A stretch of 64,000 bases of DNA, taken from NCBI GenBank assembly GCA_964016885.1, contig OZ024741.1:354392001-354456000 (forward strand), read 5' to 3'. Below, piece after piece: positions 38,831 to 52,010 of this stretch. Positions within the stretch are counted from its first letter, which is position 1. Every line of letters starts with the position of its first letter. Made by a program: the position numbers and the translations under genes. The notes beneath the pieces were generated by a model that worked only from the letters and a program-made list of their open reading frames with translations, was not told the DNA's origin and ran no database searches. The stretch comes from Eledone cirrhosa. Taxonomy: Eukaryota.

Positions 38831-40427
38831 TTTTGGCTAAGAAGAAAATATAGTATTTACGTTATTAGAATTTACTTAAGTTTCTGTAAGGGTGTAATTA
38901 CAGACCATGTCTTGAAATTAGTGGTCATACTTTACAATTTCTATAAACATGAGTCTCTCTAATAAGGGCAGTGCCTGAATATAATTATTGCAAGCTTCTA
39001 AAAAGGAGTGGATTTTTTGTTCTTCACCATCATCATTTAACATTCATTTTCCCTGCTAGCAAGGGTTGGATGTATTTTGCAAACTAAATCAGTACTCAAG
39101 CAGGGCTACAGATCCATCAAATGGCCAGGGGGGTTATTTAATTTATATACAATCTCATGCTCTACCAAGTTTATTTTATCATGACACCAGCACTAGGGTG
39201 ACCATCATGTCTTTGATACAACTGAAGGGTCCTCCAAACTCTTTGTTTGGTTAACTTTGGATGCCCTTCCTATCACCAACCACTTTACAGCTTGTACTCT
39301 GTGATACTTTTCAATGTAACACTGTTGACTTAAGAAGAGTTTCACTCAAACCTATACCACCCCTAAAAGTTAATAATCAATAAAACAATTATTTTTCATA
39401 CAGTGCTCTAACTTAGTACAGCAAGCTTATCTTAAGCCAGTGGTCTGAGTCAATACTAGGATGCCAGGGGGAATAAGAATCCTCACATTTTTTTTTGTCC
39501 TATAGTGTATCACGTAATGGAATACTACTAGCACATCTGTTATGGGGAAAAAAGAAAAAAATGAAATTTACAAATCACACCTATGGTTTAGCTGGCCACT
39601 TATGAGGTTGTAACTCATAGGAGGTTTCTTGGATGTTTTAATAATAGGGATTCTGGTTGTATCATGAAAAGCAATGTGAAACAAAGTGCCTTGCTCAAGA
39701 ACACAATGCACCATACATTCCTGAAATTAAAATTAGGATCTTATGATCATAAGTCTAACACCCTAACCACTAAGCCAGGTGCCTTCTCTACACCTGTTAT
39801 GGTGCACCTTAATTGAACCAGCATCCTAAACCAACCATATTCAGGAAATTACCACTCTCACAAAATACAATTTCCCTATAGACTACATCATTATTCCATG
39901 TCATATCTTCTTGGAGAAGATATGTGAAAAGCCTCCAATTTGATAACATTAAACTGTAATATGATACTAAACTTAAAGCATTATTTTTTATTTAGCACTT
40001 AACACCCTGTAATGATTTAGTGGAACATATCTAAAATAAATTTGTTCATTCAAACATTTAGAGTATTGTTACTAATGAACAGATCATTGTGAAAATCTGC
40101 AGTAAACTGCCAAAACAGACTTTATTTTTTAACGTAAAGCAGTCTTGCTAATGCAGTTTCATGAAGTACGGGAAGTTAAGAAATAAATACTCTATAGACA
40201 GAAGATGGTGTAGGCAAAGTCAACTTTAAAATTCATTCAGTTATGAACCTGAAGCTACTATCTAAGTTACTTAAGAATGTTGCAAGAAAATTATATTACA
40301 GTAAGCCCTTGTACACAGAAATTAAACCAACTAGAAGGGGTTAGTAATGAAACTGTTAAATTAAAACCTAATTTGAGCATAAACTTAATAAATATTTGGA
40401 GAGTAAAGTGATCATAGTAAGAAAGAA

Positions 40428-40656
40428 TTAACCCTTTTGCTACCATATTTCTTATAAAATTCTTTGTATTTTAATTAATCAATGAAGGATTTACTAAAAT
40501 TATATTTTTTAAAAGATGGTATTTGTAGCAAAACAAAATGTTCTTATATAAAATTATATCGGAAGGCTTTAATTTAAGTAGAAGCCCTTTAAAATGGGTG
40601 GTTTTGTTTCACATAAACTGAGACAGTTTTGAGTGAGTTGGTATCAAAAGGGTTAA
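40428..40656. mobile_element. piggyBac-type MITE, clearest copy
   Basis: TTAA + CCCTTTTG(C/A)TACCA TIR (13 of 14 match) + TTAA. Confidence 0.85.
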
Positions 40657-41696
40657 GTTAAACCTGAGAATGTTGGACTTTACAGAGCAAATGGTACAAA
40701 GATAAAGACTGTATTGCAGACAAGCTAGCTCATGTCGGAATGAAAAATCAGCTAGGAAAATGGAATGGGGAATCAAGAAGTTAACAGAAATTTAAAACCT
40801 TTGACTGATGCATGTGTGTTCACTAAAATATAACTAGAACTATGCTAGGATATGTGTTTAATATACCATAGTGTTTAAAACATTCAAACCATAACTGAAT
40901 GAGCACTCAATACTGGTGGGTAGAGTGTAGAAATATATTTTTGAAGTAGACATGTGGCAGTGACTTCAAATTTCAGTTTGGCTGCTTCATCTGGCTTCCA
41001 GGTGAAGTAACCAAGTTGAAATTTTGAAGATACTGCCACTTTTCTACTTAGAATATAAATAGAATCATCAAGAAGATGAATATGTGAAAATAATGTTGGT
41101 TAAAAGATTTTAAAATACCAAAAATATATTAATGCTAAACAAAATAAATATATGACTTCCATGAAATAATTATACATAAATAATATATTAAAACCACATC
41201 TGGATGAAATACCATTGTTTTGACCTACAAACCTACTACTTCACTTGCATCAAGAAAACATTTCCTATTGTGTGATGCAATCAAACACAGCTACTGTTCA
41301 CTCAACTGCTGATATCAGAAAAGGCGCCAAGCAATAGAAATGCTTTGCTAATTAAATTTAACTTGCTAATAGATGGTGTAAGGGTGGCAATAATGAAACT
41401 GGTGGGGGAGGGGGCAGTAATGAGGATAGAAGTGGTGGTAGTGGTGGTGGTGGTGGTTGTGATAGAAAAGGGAATAGAGGTGGTACCAACAAGGAGAATG
41501 GATGGGAGGTAGCAAGAATAATAGAGATGGTGGTAGTGGCAGCAAGGAAGATATAAATGATTAGAATAATGGTGATTGCGATTATGAAATCATGATAATG
41601 GTTGTGGTTATCATGACAATAACAGTTATAATGGTGCCAATTCAACTGAACTGGTCTTGCAACTAACTTTAATCATACAGTACTTCCCTCTATCTC

Positions 41697-43760
41697 ACTT
41701 ATCCACCTCTTTCATTTTTTCATGTCCATTCTTTTATGTTCATGAAAATAAGGCAACTACCTTTTGCCCATGCAAAACAGATTCTACAATTTTACTATTT
41801 TCTAAGGATTATTTTTCATTGTCTCTGCTGTTATACATGCACAGTATAGCACATTAGCCTTATTCAAGATGACTAGAAAGAGGCCATCAAGTGGAAGTGA
41901 AGGATGTTTTGCAAAAAGGAGCCATAAAATGATTATATTAGATGTTAAACTTGATGTTTTATAAAGGTTTAAGGCAAGAGAAAGCACACCCACATAATCA
42001 AAACATTGAAGGCTTCAGTGGCAATAATACATGATAATTAAGACAAAACTAGCTCAAAATACCCAGTTAACTGTTCAACATTACTATTTAATAAATTTGA
42101 TGTAATGCTTTATACTGAATGGCTTTTGAATGTGCAGATCAATGATCAGATTGGACAACGGTCATTCAAGCAAAAATTAAATTTTGTATGCTGATTTGCA
42201 GAAAAAGTAAGATGAAAGCTTTTCTGGCTAGTAAAGGCTGGTTTGAAATGTTTAAGCAGTGCTTTCATTTGCACATCATTGAATAATGAGTGAAACTGCC
42301 AGTGTTGACACAGAAGCTGCTACAACTTCTCTGAAGAGCTGAAAAAATAGTAGCAGAAGGAGACTATATAACAGAACAAGTACACGATATTGTTGAAACA
42401 GCTTTTCTGGAAATGCAAGCCTGCTGGGACTTTTATTTCTCATGCAGAAAAATAAATACCAGCTTCTAAAAATTGTCTGATTTGGTATGCAAATGAGAAG
42501 GCATTGATGACAGAGAGCCTTTTCAAAGCCTGATTCGCAATCTTTTTGCACTGCTATAGAAAGTTACAGTCTCAGGTGTAATATTTCCAACAACGCATTG
42601 CTTCTTTTAAACTAATGAATCAAAATTTAATTGATAATTTTATGTCATATTATATAAAAACTTTAAAACAACTCATAAAAGCAATTGATCAGGAGGATAA
42701 ATCTTCAGTTAGAAAATCATGCAAAAGGTTCAACATTATTGATTCTGTGGATAACATAGTTGAGTCATGGGATGAAGTGAAACCTTCACCTATGAACAGT
42801 GTTTCGAAAAACATATGACCAGACTGTATTTGTGATTTCCCACCAACTTAGATTAGGCAAGATATGTGTCACTGTTAAATGGTGTAACGTTTAAAGTCAT
42901 AGAGGATGATGTGGTTGCTTTGCAGGTCTCACAACTTCCCTAGTGCTGGGGCCATGATAAAATGTATCCAGTATACTATGTAAAGTAGTTGGCATTAGGA
43001 ATGAATGGCATGTAGTCATAGAAACCATACCAAAAAGGTTGAGGATCCCTTCAGTCACATCACAGCAAGTCCTCTAGTATTGGCACAATAAAAAGTGCAC
43101 CCAAATGTACCCAGTACATTCTGTAAAGTAGTTGGAATTAAGAAGGTCATCCGGCCACAGAAAACTTACCAAACAAAATGGTTGAAAGCATTCTTCAGTT
43201 ATGTCAAAGACACAACCAACGTCCTGATGCTGGTGCCATGATAATATGCATCCAGTACACTTTGTAAAGTAGTTGGTGTTAGGAAGGACATCCAGTAATA
43301 AAATCTGTGTCAAAACTGGAGTGTATGTAAGTAAAATGAAACCCTCTGTCCATCTGGAAGGACAGTAGCTCCAATTCAGTAATGACTTGGTTTGAGATGA
43401 CTTGTCCAACTCATGCCAGTATAAAAGAATAGACAGATAGATGGTGATGATGATGATGATGATGATGATGACAACGATGGCAGTGGTGATGATAACAATG
43501 ACAGAAAAAGTTTGTCCAATGAGGAGCTGATGTTGTTAAAAGAAGGCAAGAAGAAGCTGACTGCAAAGAATATTGCTAATTTGTTGGCAGTAATAAAGTA
43601 CGGTTTGTTGGTTTCTGTTGAAAACTATCTAAATCCTGAATAACATAAAAATTACAAGAGGAGTTCCTAAGGAGCTTATGCATTCATTCCTAAGTTGTAC
43701 AAAGAGATTATACGCCATAAATGTCAAACAACTTTGGATAAGTTCTTCCTCACCTTAAGC
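41697..43760 (+). mobile_element. Tigger/pogo-family DNA transposon relic, interrupted by RTE-tail repeats (about 42935-43490)
   Basis: Decayed frames read KRSHKMIILDVKLDVL, FLASKGWFEMFK, ETASVDTEAA, MNQ..I..F..YY, FNIIDSVDNIVESWDEVK (TIGD1/CENP-B-like); boundaries approximate. Confidence 0.75.
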
Positions 43761-44419
43761 AGATGATGATAAACTATAGCAAAGAAGATAAAGTCACTCA
43801 TCCTCCCACAACACCACCACTCCTCACAGAGCAACCATCATATTCTGTGTTGAGAATGTACCCTAACACAATATTGTGATTCTCATATATTCCCTAATGC
43901 ATTTTACTTCAAATGTTTTAATGTATACATATTTTACTGTGTGCTTAAAAATTGTTATTTTCTTGCAAAAACATAGATGTAATACCTTAATATATAGTTA
44001 AACAGATACTTTGATTATTTTTACTAGTTAACAGATATAAGTTATTTAATCTTAACTGAACATAAAAGAATTAAAAATAAACTAAGAAAATTTTATTTTG
44101 ATTTTAAATTGCAAATGTTTTTACTTGTTTCTCATTTTAGATTCAAGATATGTATAAATCAGGAAAAGTAAAAAATGAAAGAAGACAGATTTCAATTTGG
44201 ATAAATTTTACAATAAGTAGGAGAGAAGGAAACCATTTTCATAAGATTTATGTAAATATATTTTCCAAAGATAACATAATATTTCAGCATTAGAATTATT
44301 ATATATGAGATTATATTACATAGGAAGGAAATATTAAATTGCACACATTCAATTCTAGTGTGTGGAAACAGCAGATATTTAGTTGAAGATGAGAAATATC
44401 CAAGTAGCTCAAAACTTAC

Positions 44420-44528
44420 CTCAGCATTTCTCAAGGATTTAATGAGAATTTGAATAGTGTCTTCATAGGAGCGTCCAACCATACGTCCAAGTTTTTCATA
44501 CATGGCTCCAATACATGCCACAGCAGAT
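44420..44528 (-). CDS. HEATR5B: HEATR5B exon (SAVACIGAMYEKLGRMVGRSYEDTIQILIKSLRNAE)
   Basis: ttcag|ATCTGCT...GCTGAG|gtaagt; 109 nt, phase 2->0. Confidence 0.95.
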
Positions 44529-44779
44529 CTGAAATTGATGTCGATTTATATAGCATACATTGAATAGTCTGAGGATTTGAGTTAGATTTTGACAATAGTA
44601 TTTCTGTAATTGCATGTTAAAATTAACCAGTCAATTTTTCTTCACTAACTTATAATATACATATATATATATATATAAGCGATCATATGTTTAGATGTTC
44701 ATTTCTTTCCGATCTGGACTTATATGCCCTTTTAATAGACTATTTTATATAGTAAAAAATATGGTGAAAATGATGTGTA

Positions 44780-45190
44780 GGTGTTCAACAGAAGATAAAG
44801 CAAAAGCAGATTCCAGGCAAGAACCGGTTAGTGGATTTCAGCAAGGAAAATGTCTTAACATTATTCAATTTAGTGAACATGCATATGTAATTTCAGGCCT
44901 GTAGCATTTTTACAGGGACGGTTACAGGCAATGCATGTAAAGTTTTCAGGAATGATATGAGTCCTGAGATAACTCTTTAGCTCAGCATTTGACCTCGCTG
45001 AAAAGTTGCAATGTAGACACTGATATTTGCAGGAATGGTGTTTTGTTGATAATTGTGTTTTCGACATGCGCACACACACACACACACACGATTTGCAATG
45101 GGAATTCAAGAGCAAGATTTAGAGTCTTTAACAAATGTGAGCACTACTAATGATATGAAAAACCCACAGTTGCTCTATTTGAGAAGGCCT
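44780..45190 (-). mobile_element. 3' end of a LINE (probably RTE-like) with two terminal C2H2-type fingers
   Basis: YQCLHCNF..KSYLRTH and FTCIACNRPCKNATGLKLHMHVH*; upstream SNRAT(W)-like remnant. Confidence 0.5.
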
Positions 45191-46721
45191 ATGTTACAGA
45201 GTATTTGATGCTAAGCCTCAGATCTATCTAGCAAATCAGTTTGAGTAAAACCATATCATATAAACAACCAAAAAGACCTCCTTACAAAGTGGTCTGTGTG
45301 CTTTTTATAATGTCACCAGCACAACCACTTAGCAAGGTGGACTGAATGTTTTTTGTTGTGTCACCAGCACGACCACCTAACAGAATGGACAGGATGCTTT
45401 TTGTTGTCACTAGCATGATCACATTACAGAGTGGAATTAGTGCTTTTTCTCATGTCATCATCATGACCACCATACAGGATGGACTGGGTGATTTTGTTGT
45501 GGCACCAGATCATATATATAATTTTTTTAAATGACAATCACAGAGATACAAAAACAATTAGTCTTATTAGTTTTATGCTTTGAAGGAAAAAGAAAAAGAT
45601 TTGTCTATATACATATATAAACACATGTTTAGGGAAGCATCATCATTTCAACCAAATATTTGCTCGATATTTGAGAAAGCAGATTAAATGCTACATTTCA
45701 AGACTAACTTCATGTTATATTTTGTCTGTATAAGTTATGATTAATAATTATCTTGAGATGCTCATCCCAAATCATTACTCACAGGTTTAGTTGCTAAATT
45801 TTAGTCTCTATCATCTCTAACTCTTGATTATGCTCTGGAGACATCACAGAGCACTAGTAATTATAAAATTAGAACCAGACTTAAGGTTTATTTTTATAGA
45901 TACCTTCCATTTTATGAAAATTAATAGTTTATAATAACTACAGTATTTAACATCCTCTACATTTTATCAAGACTGGTGTGATCCTCATCATCATCATTTA
46001 AAGTCTGTCTTTTCTGTTAGCAAAGGTTGGACAGGGTCTTCACAGACCCAGTTAATACTCAAGCAAAGCTACTGACCTTTCAGATGGGTTGGGGGCCTAC
46101 ATATTGCTTACTTACATTCCCGCACACTACATTTATCATGCATTTTATCATGTAGATCATCAACACTAGGGAGGTTGTCATGTTTTTGACACAGCTGAAG
46201 AGTCCTCCCAACCATTTGTTTGGTAGATTCTCCACAATTGGTTGACTCTCCTATCACCATCCACTTTACAGAGTATACTGGGTGCATTTATTGCGTAAGT
46301 CACCAACACTAGGGAGGGCGTCATGTCTTTGACACAACTGAAGAATCCTTTGTTTAATAGTTTATAATGGAAGGCCACTTTCTAAGATTTGTTTCAAACA
46401 TTGAATTTCCAATGGTATCTTTAAAAAGAAAATAGTTATGATTATGCTAGTAGTAATCAATCATCTCCTTCTTTATTTAACAAGATCTCAAAAAACATTT
46501 TTGTTAGATTCCTAATATAAACGATTTGGCAGAATTTTATTCATTCTTTGTTTTTTCTTTCTTTCTGATTCCAACTAACACAGTCTAAATTATTTATTGA
46601 TTTATCTATATTTCTTTGTTTTTATTCTATGTTTACAAAATATTACTTTCTTTTTCTTTCTATTATTTTCATACTTAACTAATTTCTATTTCAATTTACC
46701 ATTCAGAAAAAGCAGAAATGT

Positions 46722-47062
46722 ATGGTAAATTGGCAGAATCATTTGAACATCAAAGAAAATGTTTTGCAGTGTTCATTCTAGCTCTTTGTGTTCTCCAAGT
46801 TCAAAACGTGCTGAGGTTAACTTTGTCTTTTATCCTTTTGAGGTTGATAAAAAAAAGTACCAGTCAAGTACTGTGATCGATTCTTCTTTTATATCTCTTT
46901 CTAACATTTTCTCTCTCTCTCTCCTTCCCTGGATGAAATCAGCTGTGTTTTGACCTGGAGATGGAATGGCCTCTGCCAGGTTCAAAGTACCCAAGACATG
47001 CCATATGTCATGATGGCATCTCTATGATTCCAGCATGAGTTACAGGTCCATACATACATACA
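46722..47062 (+). mobile_element. Composite SINE, diverged
   Basis: SINE head (ttggcagaatc..aagttcaaa..gaggttgataaaa..gtaccag) plus tail ending gagttacaggtccatacatacataca. Confidence 0.7.
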
Positions 47063-47205
47063 AAAGCAGAAATACATAAAAATATTAAAGCAATTTCATT
47101 TTCTTACTTGATTAATTAAGCTATACAAACTTTGGCTTCGTACATTGTTTGTTTACAATAAAGAATACTGCTTTATAATTTTAGAATGAAAAAGAAAATT
47201 ACTTA

Positions 47206-47442
<237 letters not shown>

Positions 47443-47674
47443 TCATTAAATACATGTTGAATAATAGCAAGATTTTGACAAGAGGTGTAACTAACATTAC
47501 TGCAGCAAGAGGCTAAAGACAAGTTAATGCTTTATCAATTCTTTTCTTTCAAACTATACAACTCCTACCCAGGTAAACTATGTCTTTCATATTTCGAGAG
47601 CCAATAATATAAGTATGAAGTCAAGAAAGAGGTTCAATCAGCTGGTCCTTTCTCTTAAAATTTGTCTTAGAAAA

Positions 47675-47985
47675 TGTATCTATGGATCTGTAAGTCCTGA
47701 TGGAGTTATGGAGCCACCATAATGACATTTTAAACCTGGCAGAGCCCATCCCTCTCCAGGTTTGAACACATCTGATTTCTTTCAGAGAAGGAAAGAGAGT
47801 GGTAGAGAGGAAATGAGAAAGAGAAGAGGAAGAATTGGGCTAGTATTTTTTTTTTTTTTATCCCAAAAGAATAAAAGACAAAGTTGACCTCTATGGCTTT
47901 TGAACTGAGAATGCAAAGAGCTTAACAAATACCACAATATATTCTCTCAGACATTCTAATGACTCTGCTAATTTGTTGCCTTATT
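47675..47985 (-). mobile_element. Composite SINE, diverged
   Basis: Reverse complement of the 46722 element (aacctggcagagcccatccctctccagg; ttgaactgagaat). Confidence 0.7.
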
Positions 47986-48102
47986 ATAAGAATAAATTAT
48001 AGTAAATGCTAATAAAAATCTAACATGAACAATCTAACATCCTGCATGAACAGAGATATGGTGTACCTATTCTAAACAGGATTCAGCAAGAATTCCACTC
48101 AA

Positions 48103-48160
48103 GATATTAGTCAATATGAGGTACTGCAGAATACTGCAGTGCCTCATGTTGACTAATATC
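48103..48160. repeat. 27-bp inverted repeat with 4-nt loop
   Basis: gatattagtcaatatgaggtactgcag-aata-ctgcagtgcctcatgttgactaatatc, two T:G pairs. Confidence 0.9.
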
Positions 48161-49440
48161 AAGATACTGCAGAATACTGTGGTTAAGAAGCAATCTCCTT
48201 AACCATACAATCACTTCTATTCTTTTAATTTCTCAGCTCCAATCCAACATGGAATCATTCAAAAACATGATGGCTTTGTCCCATAATCACACACACAGGA
48301 AAAACAACACAGGTAAAGAATACAATATAATGACAATATATATTAATTTAACACTTGTTATAGTAGCAAAAGAGTTTTAATGCTTCAGATATTAGTCCTT
48401 CATTGGAAAATAGAATGAGAGAGAGGAAAAGAAATAGAAAGATAGACAAGTGTAAGAAAAGAAAGAAAATAATACTTTTTCTTTTTTTTGCAGGACAAAA
48501 ACATGTGTAGTTAATCAGTCATATAGCCCCTTTCCACAGTGTTAATGGATGTAAAGGATGTGACAAATGTCACTGAAATGGTTAACTTTATACAATTACA
48601 AAAGTTGGCGTCGAATTATTCCATGGAAAAAAAATCAATAACTATTCAAAAAAAAAATGGAACAAATAAATTCATCAATTCTTCAATATACACTTACATC
48701 AACATAATTGAAAATTAATGTTTCAGCAGTTACTATAGGATAAATGATACATTTTCAATGTTTCCTATCTATTTTGGAAAGACTGGATGCAAAATGACAA
48801 TCAAAGACAGAACTAGATGAATGGTGAGAAGAGGGGAAGAGAAAAAATCATTGGAATAGAAAACCCACTAATATAATTATTTCCTCTTATTAAAAACATA
48901 AAACACCAAATTCCCTCTTGATTTACAAAAGAAATGTAAAATTGGAAATATAAATCAATACTAAAAATGATTAATAAATAAAAACATTTTTCTGTGTCCA
49001 TAGCACATAGTTTTGTAATGTAATGCAAGTTTTACAGCACAGAGGGGGTATTGAGGGAGGAATAAAAGGTTAAAGGAGAGTCGAGAGGAGTAGAAAAATA
49101 TAAAAAAAGGAGAGGCATATATTAAAGAGAAAGAGATTAAGGAAAAACTAAGAAATGAAGGAAGGATTTTGGAGATAGAGAATATGAGAGAAAGAGAAGT
49201 GCCAGCGAATAAGGAAGAAAGAAAAAATGGTGGGGGAATGAGAAAGAGACATGAGAGAATAGAGAGCCAGACAAAAAGAGTAAAACACACGCACGTGTGG
49301 GTGAGTATTTTGCTCTTTTTGTCTGGCTATCTATTCTCTCATGTCTCTCTATATATGTGTGTGTGTGTGTGTGTGCGTGTATATGTATATATATAGATAG
49401 ATAAATATATATATATATATGTATATATGTGTGTATATAT

Positions 49441-51284
49441 ATCATCATCATCATCATCATCATCGTCGTCATTTAACGCATCTTCCCCGCTTGCATGGGT
49501 TTGGACGGGAGTTTTTCCACTTGAGGCAAGATTTGTTGTCCTGCTTGTATAGGACTGTCGGGCGGGTTTTCTACGGCTGGATGCCCTTCCTAACACCAAC
49601 CACGTTTACAGTGTAGACTGGGAGGTTTTTACCGTGTTACCTACATGGCCACATTACAGTGTGGACTGTATGTTTTTTTGTCGTGACACCTACACGTCTG
49701 GCGGGTTTTCTACGGCTGGGTGCCCTTCCCAACACCAACCACGTTTACAGTGTGGACTGGGAGGTTTTTACCGTGTTACCTACACAGCCACATAACAGCG
49801 TGGACTGTGTTTTTTTTTGTCATGACACCTACAAGACCTCATTTGTTTCGGACTGGATGTTGTGGTACCAGCATAACTTCACATTTAAGAGGGGGGGGGG
49901 TATTTTGTTAGCGGTGCCTACTGACTGTAGGTTTTGCTTTGTACTTAGGCAAAGCGAAACTTCTTCTGTATGACTGTGTAGCGCCAAAGATCTCGGTCCA
50001 GTGACATTGTCTTGGAGAGTGTGAGGTCGGAATTTATCAAGTCATCCCAGGTTTTTCTGGGTCTGCTTACTCCGTGGCTACCGTCTATTTTTATCGCCCT
50101 GCACTTTTTTATACAGCTGTCATCTTTCATGCGCATCACATGACCGTACCAACGTAGTCTTCTCTCGAGTAAACAACATCTGATCCCTCTTATTCCTAAT
50201 TTCTCCCTTAGTTCATTTATGCTTTGCCGTTCATGTATATTACTATTACACATCCAGCGGAGCATGCAAGCGTCGTTTCTCTCCAGTCTGTGTATATCCT
50301 CTGCACACAATGCCCAGGTCACACTGCCATGTAACATTGCTGTTCGTATGCAGGCATCATACAGCCTGCCTTTCATTTTTAGAGAACCCTTTAGCAGCCA
50401 ATAGTGGTATAAGCTCTCTGAACTTTTTCCATCCCGTTCTGACTCTAGCTACTGTACTTTCAGAGCACCCTCCCCCACTGCTGATTTTGTCACCCAGGTA
50501 ACATAAGGTGTCCACTATTTCTATAGAACCATCTGTGCACTGGAATGAGCTAATATTCTGTGGGCATTTGCTGCTACTTATTGCACCAGAGCACCGGCCA
50601 CATGTAAAATCTATGTTCTTAGATAGCTTACCTGTGATACCACTACATCTTTTATGCACCCATACTTTGCATTTGGGACACAAAATGGAGTTTCTACCTA
50701 CGCCTTTCCTACACACTGAGCATGGCCATTTCCCGGAAGGGACCGCCGCCTTATTTTCTTTCCTACAAACTAGAACTTTAGTCTTAGCCAGGTTAATTTT
50801 AAGGCCTTTTGATTCAAGGCCATGCTTCCATGTTTGGAATTTCTTCTCTAGTTCGGTCATTGATTCAGCTATGAGCGTTAGATCATCTGCGTATAGGAGT
50901 TCCCATGGGCAGCCGGTCTTGAACTCCTCTGTTATAGCCTGAAGGGCAATAATAAATAGTAGGGGGCTAAGAACAGAGCCCTGATGGACACCAACTTTTA
51001 CGCTAAACTCTTCACTATATTCGTTGTTAATTCTAACCTTGCTGACTGTTTCTTTATACATGGCTTGTATAGCTCTCACAAGCCATTCGTCAACACCTAG
51101 TTTTCTAAGAGCCCACCAGATAATGGAACGGGGGACTCTGTCGAAGGCTTTCTCCAAGTCAACAAAAGCTAAGTATAGGGGTTTACTTTTAGCTAGGTAC
51201 TTCTCCTGTAGTTGTCGTACAATGAAAAGAGCGTCTGTGGTACTTTTGCCTGACACAAACCCGAACTGCATTTCATCTAGATCA

Positions 51285-51287
<3 letters not shown>
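49441..51287 (-). mobile_element. RTE-clade LINE, 5'-truncated, inserted in (TA)n
   Basis: RT and PHD motifs as in the 11.6-kb copy; frameshift near 50385; (CAT)n tail. Confidence 0.95.
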
Positions 51288-51325
<38 letters not shown>

Positions 51326-51475
51326 ATATATATACATATATATGTGTATATATATATATGTGTGTATATATATATATGTGTATATATATATATGTGTGTA
51401 TATATATATATATATATGTGTATATATATATATATATGTGTATATATATATATATATATGTGTATATATATATAG

Positions 51476-51516
<41 letters not shown>

Positions 51517-51614
51517 TATGTGTGTATATATATACATATATATATATATATGTATATATACATATGTGTGTATATATATACATATATATATATATATGTA
51601 TATATACATGTGTG

Positions 51615-51647
<33 letters not shown>

Positions 51648-51782
51648 CTATATATATATATATGTGTGTATACATATATATATATATGTCTATATATATA
51701 TACATGTGTGTATACATATATATATATATGTCTATATATATATACATGTGTGTATATATATACATATATATATATATATGTG

Positions 51783-51818
<36 letters not shown>

Positions 51819-51864
51819 TGTCTATATATATATACATGTGTATATATATACATATATATATATA

Positions 51865-51897
<33 letters not shown>

Positions 51898-52010
51898 GTC
51901 TATATATATATACATATGTCTATATATATATATATATGTGTGTATACATATATATATATATGTATATATACATGTGTGTATATATACTTATATATATATA
52001 TATATATGTC
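51288..52010. repeat. Compound (TA)n/TG/TC microsatellite
   Basis: Direct inspection. Confidence 0.95.
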
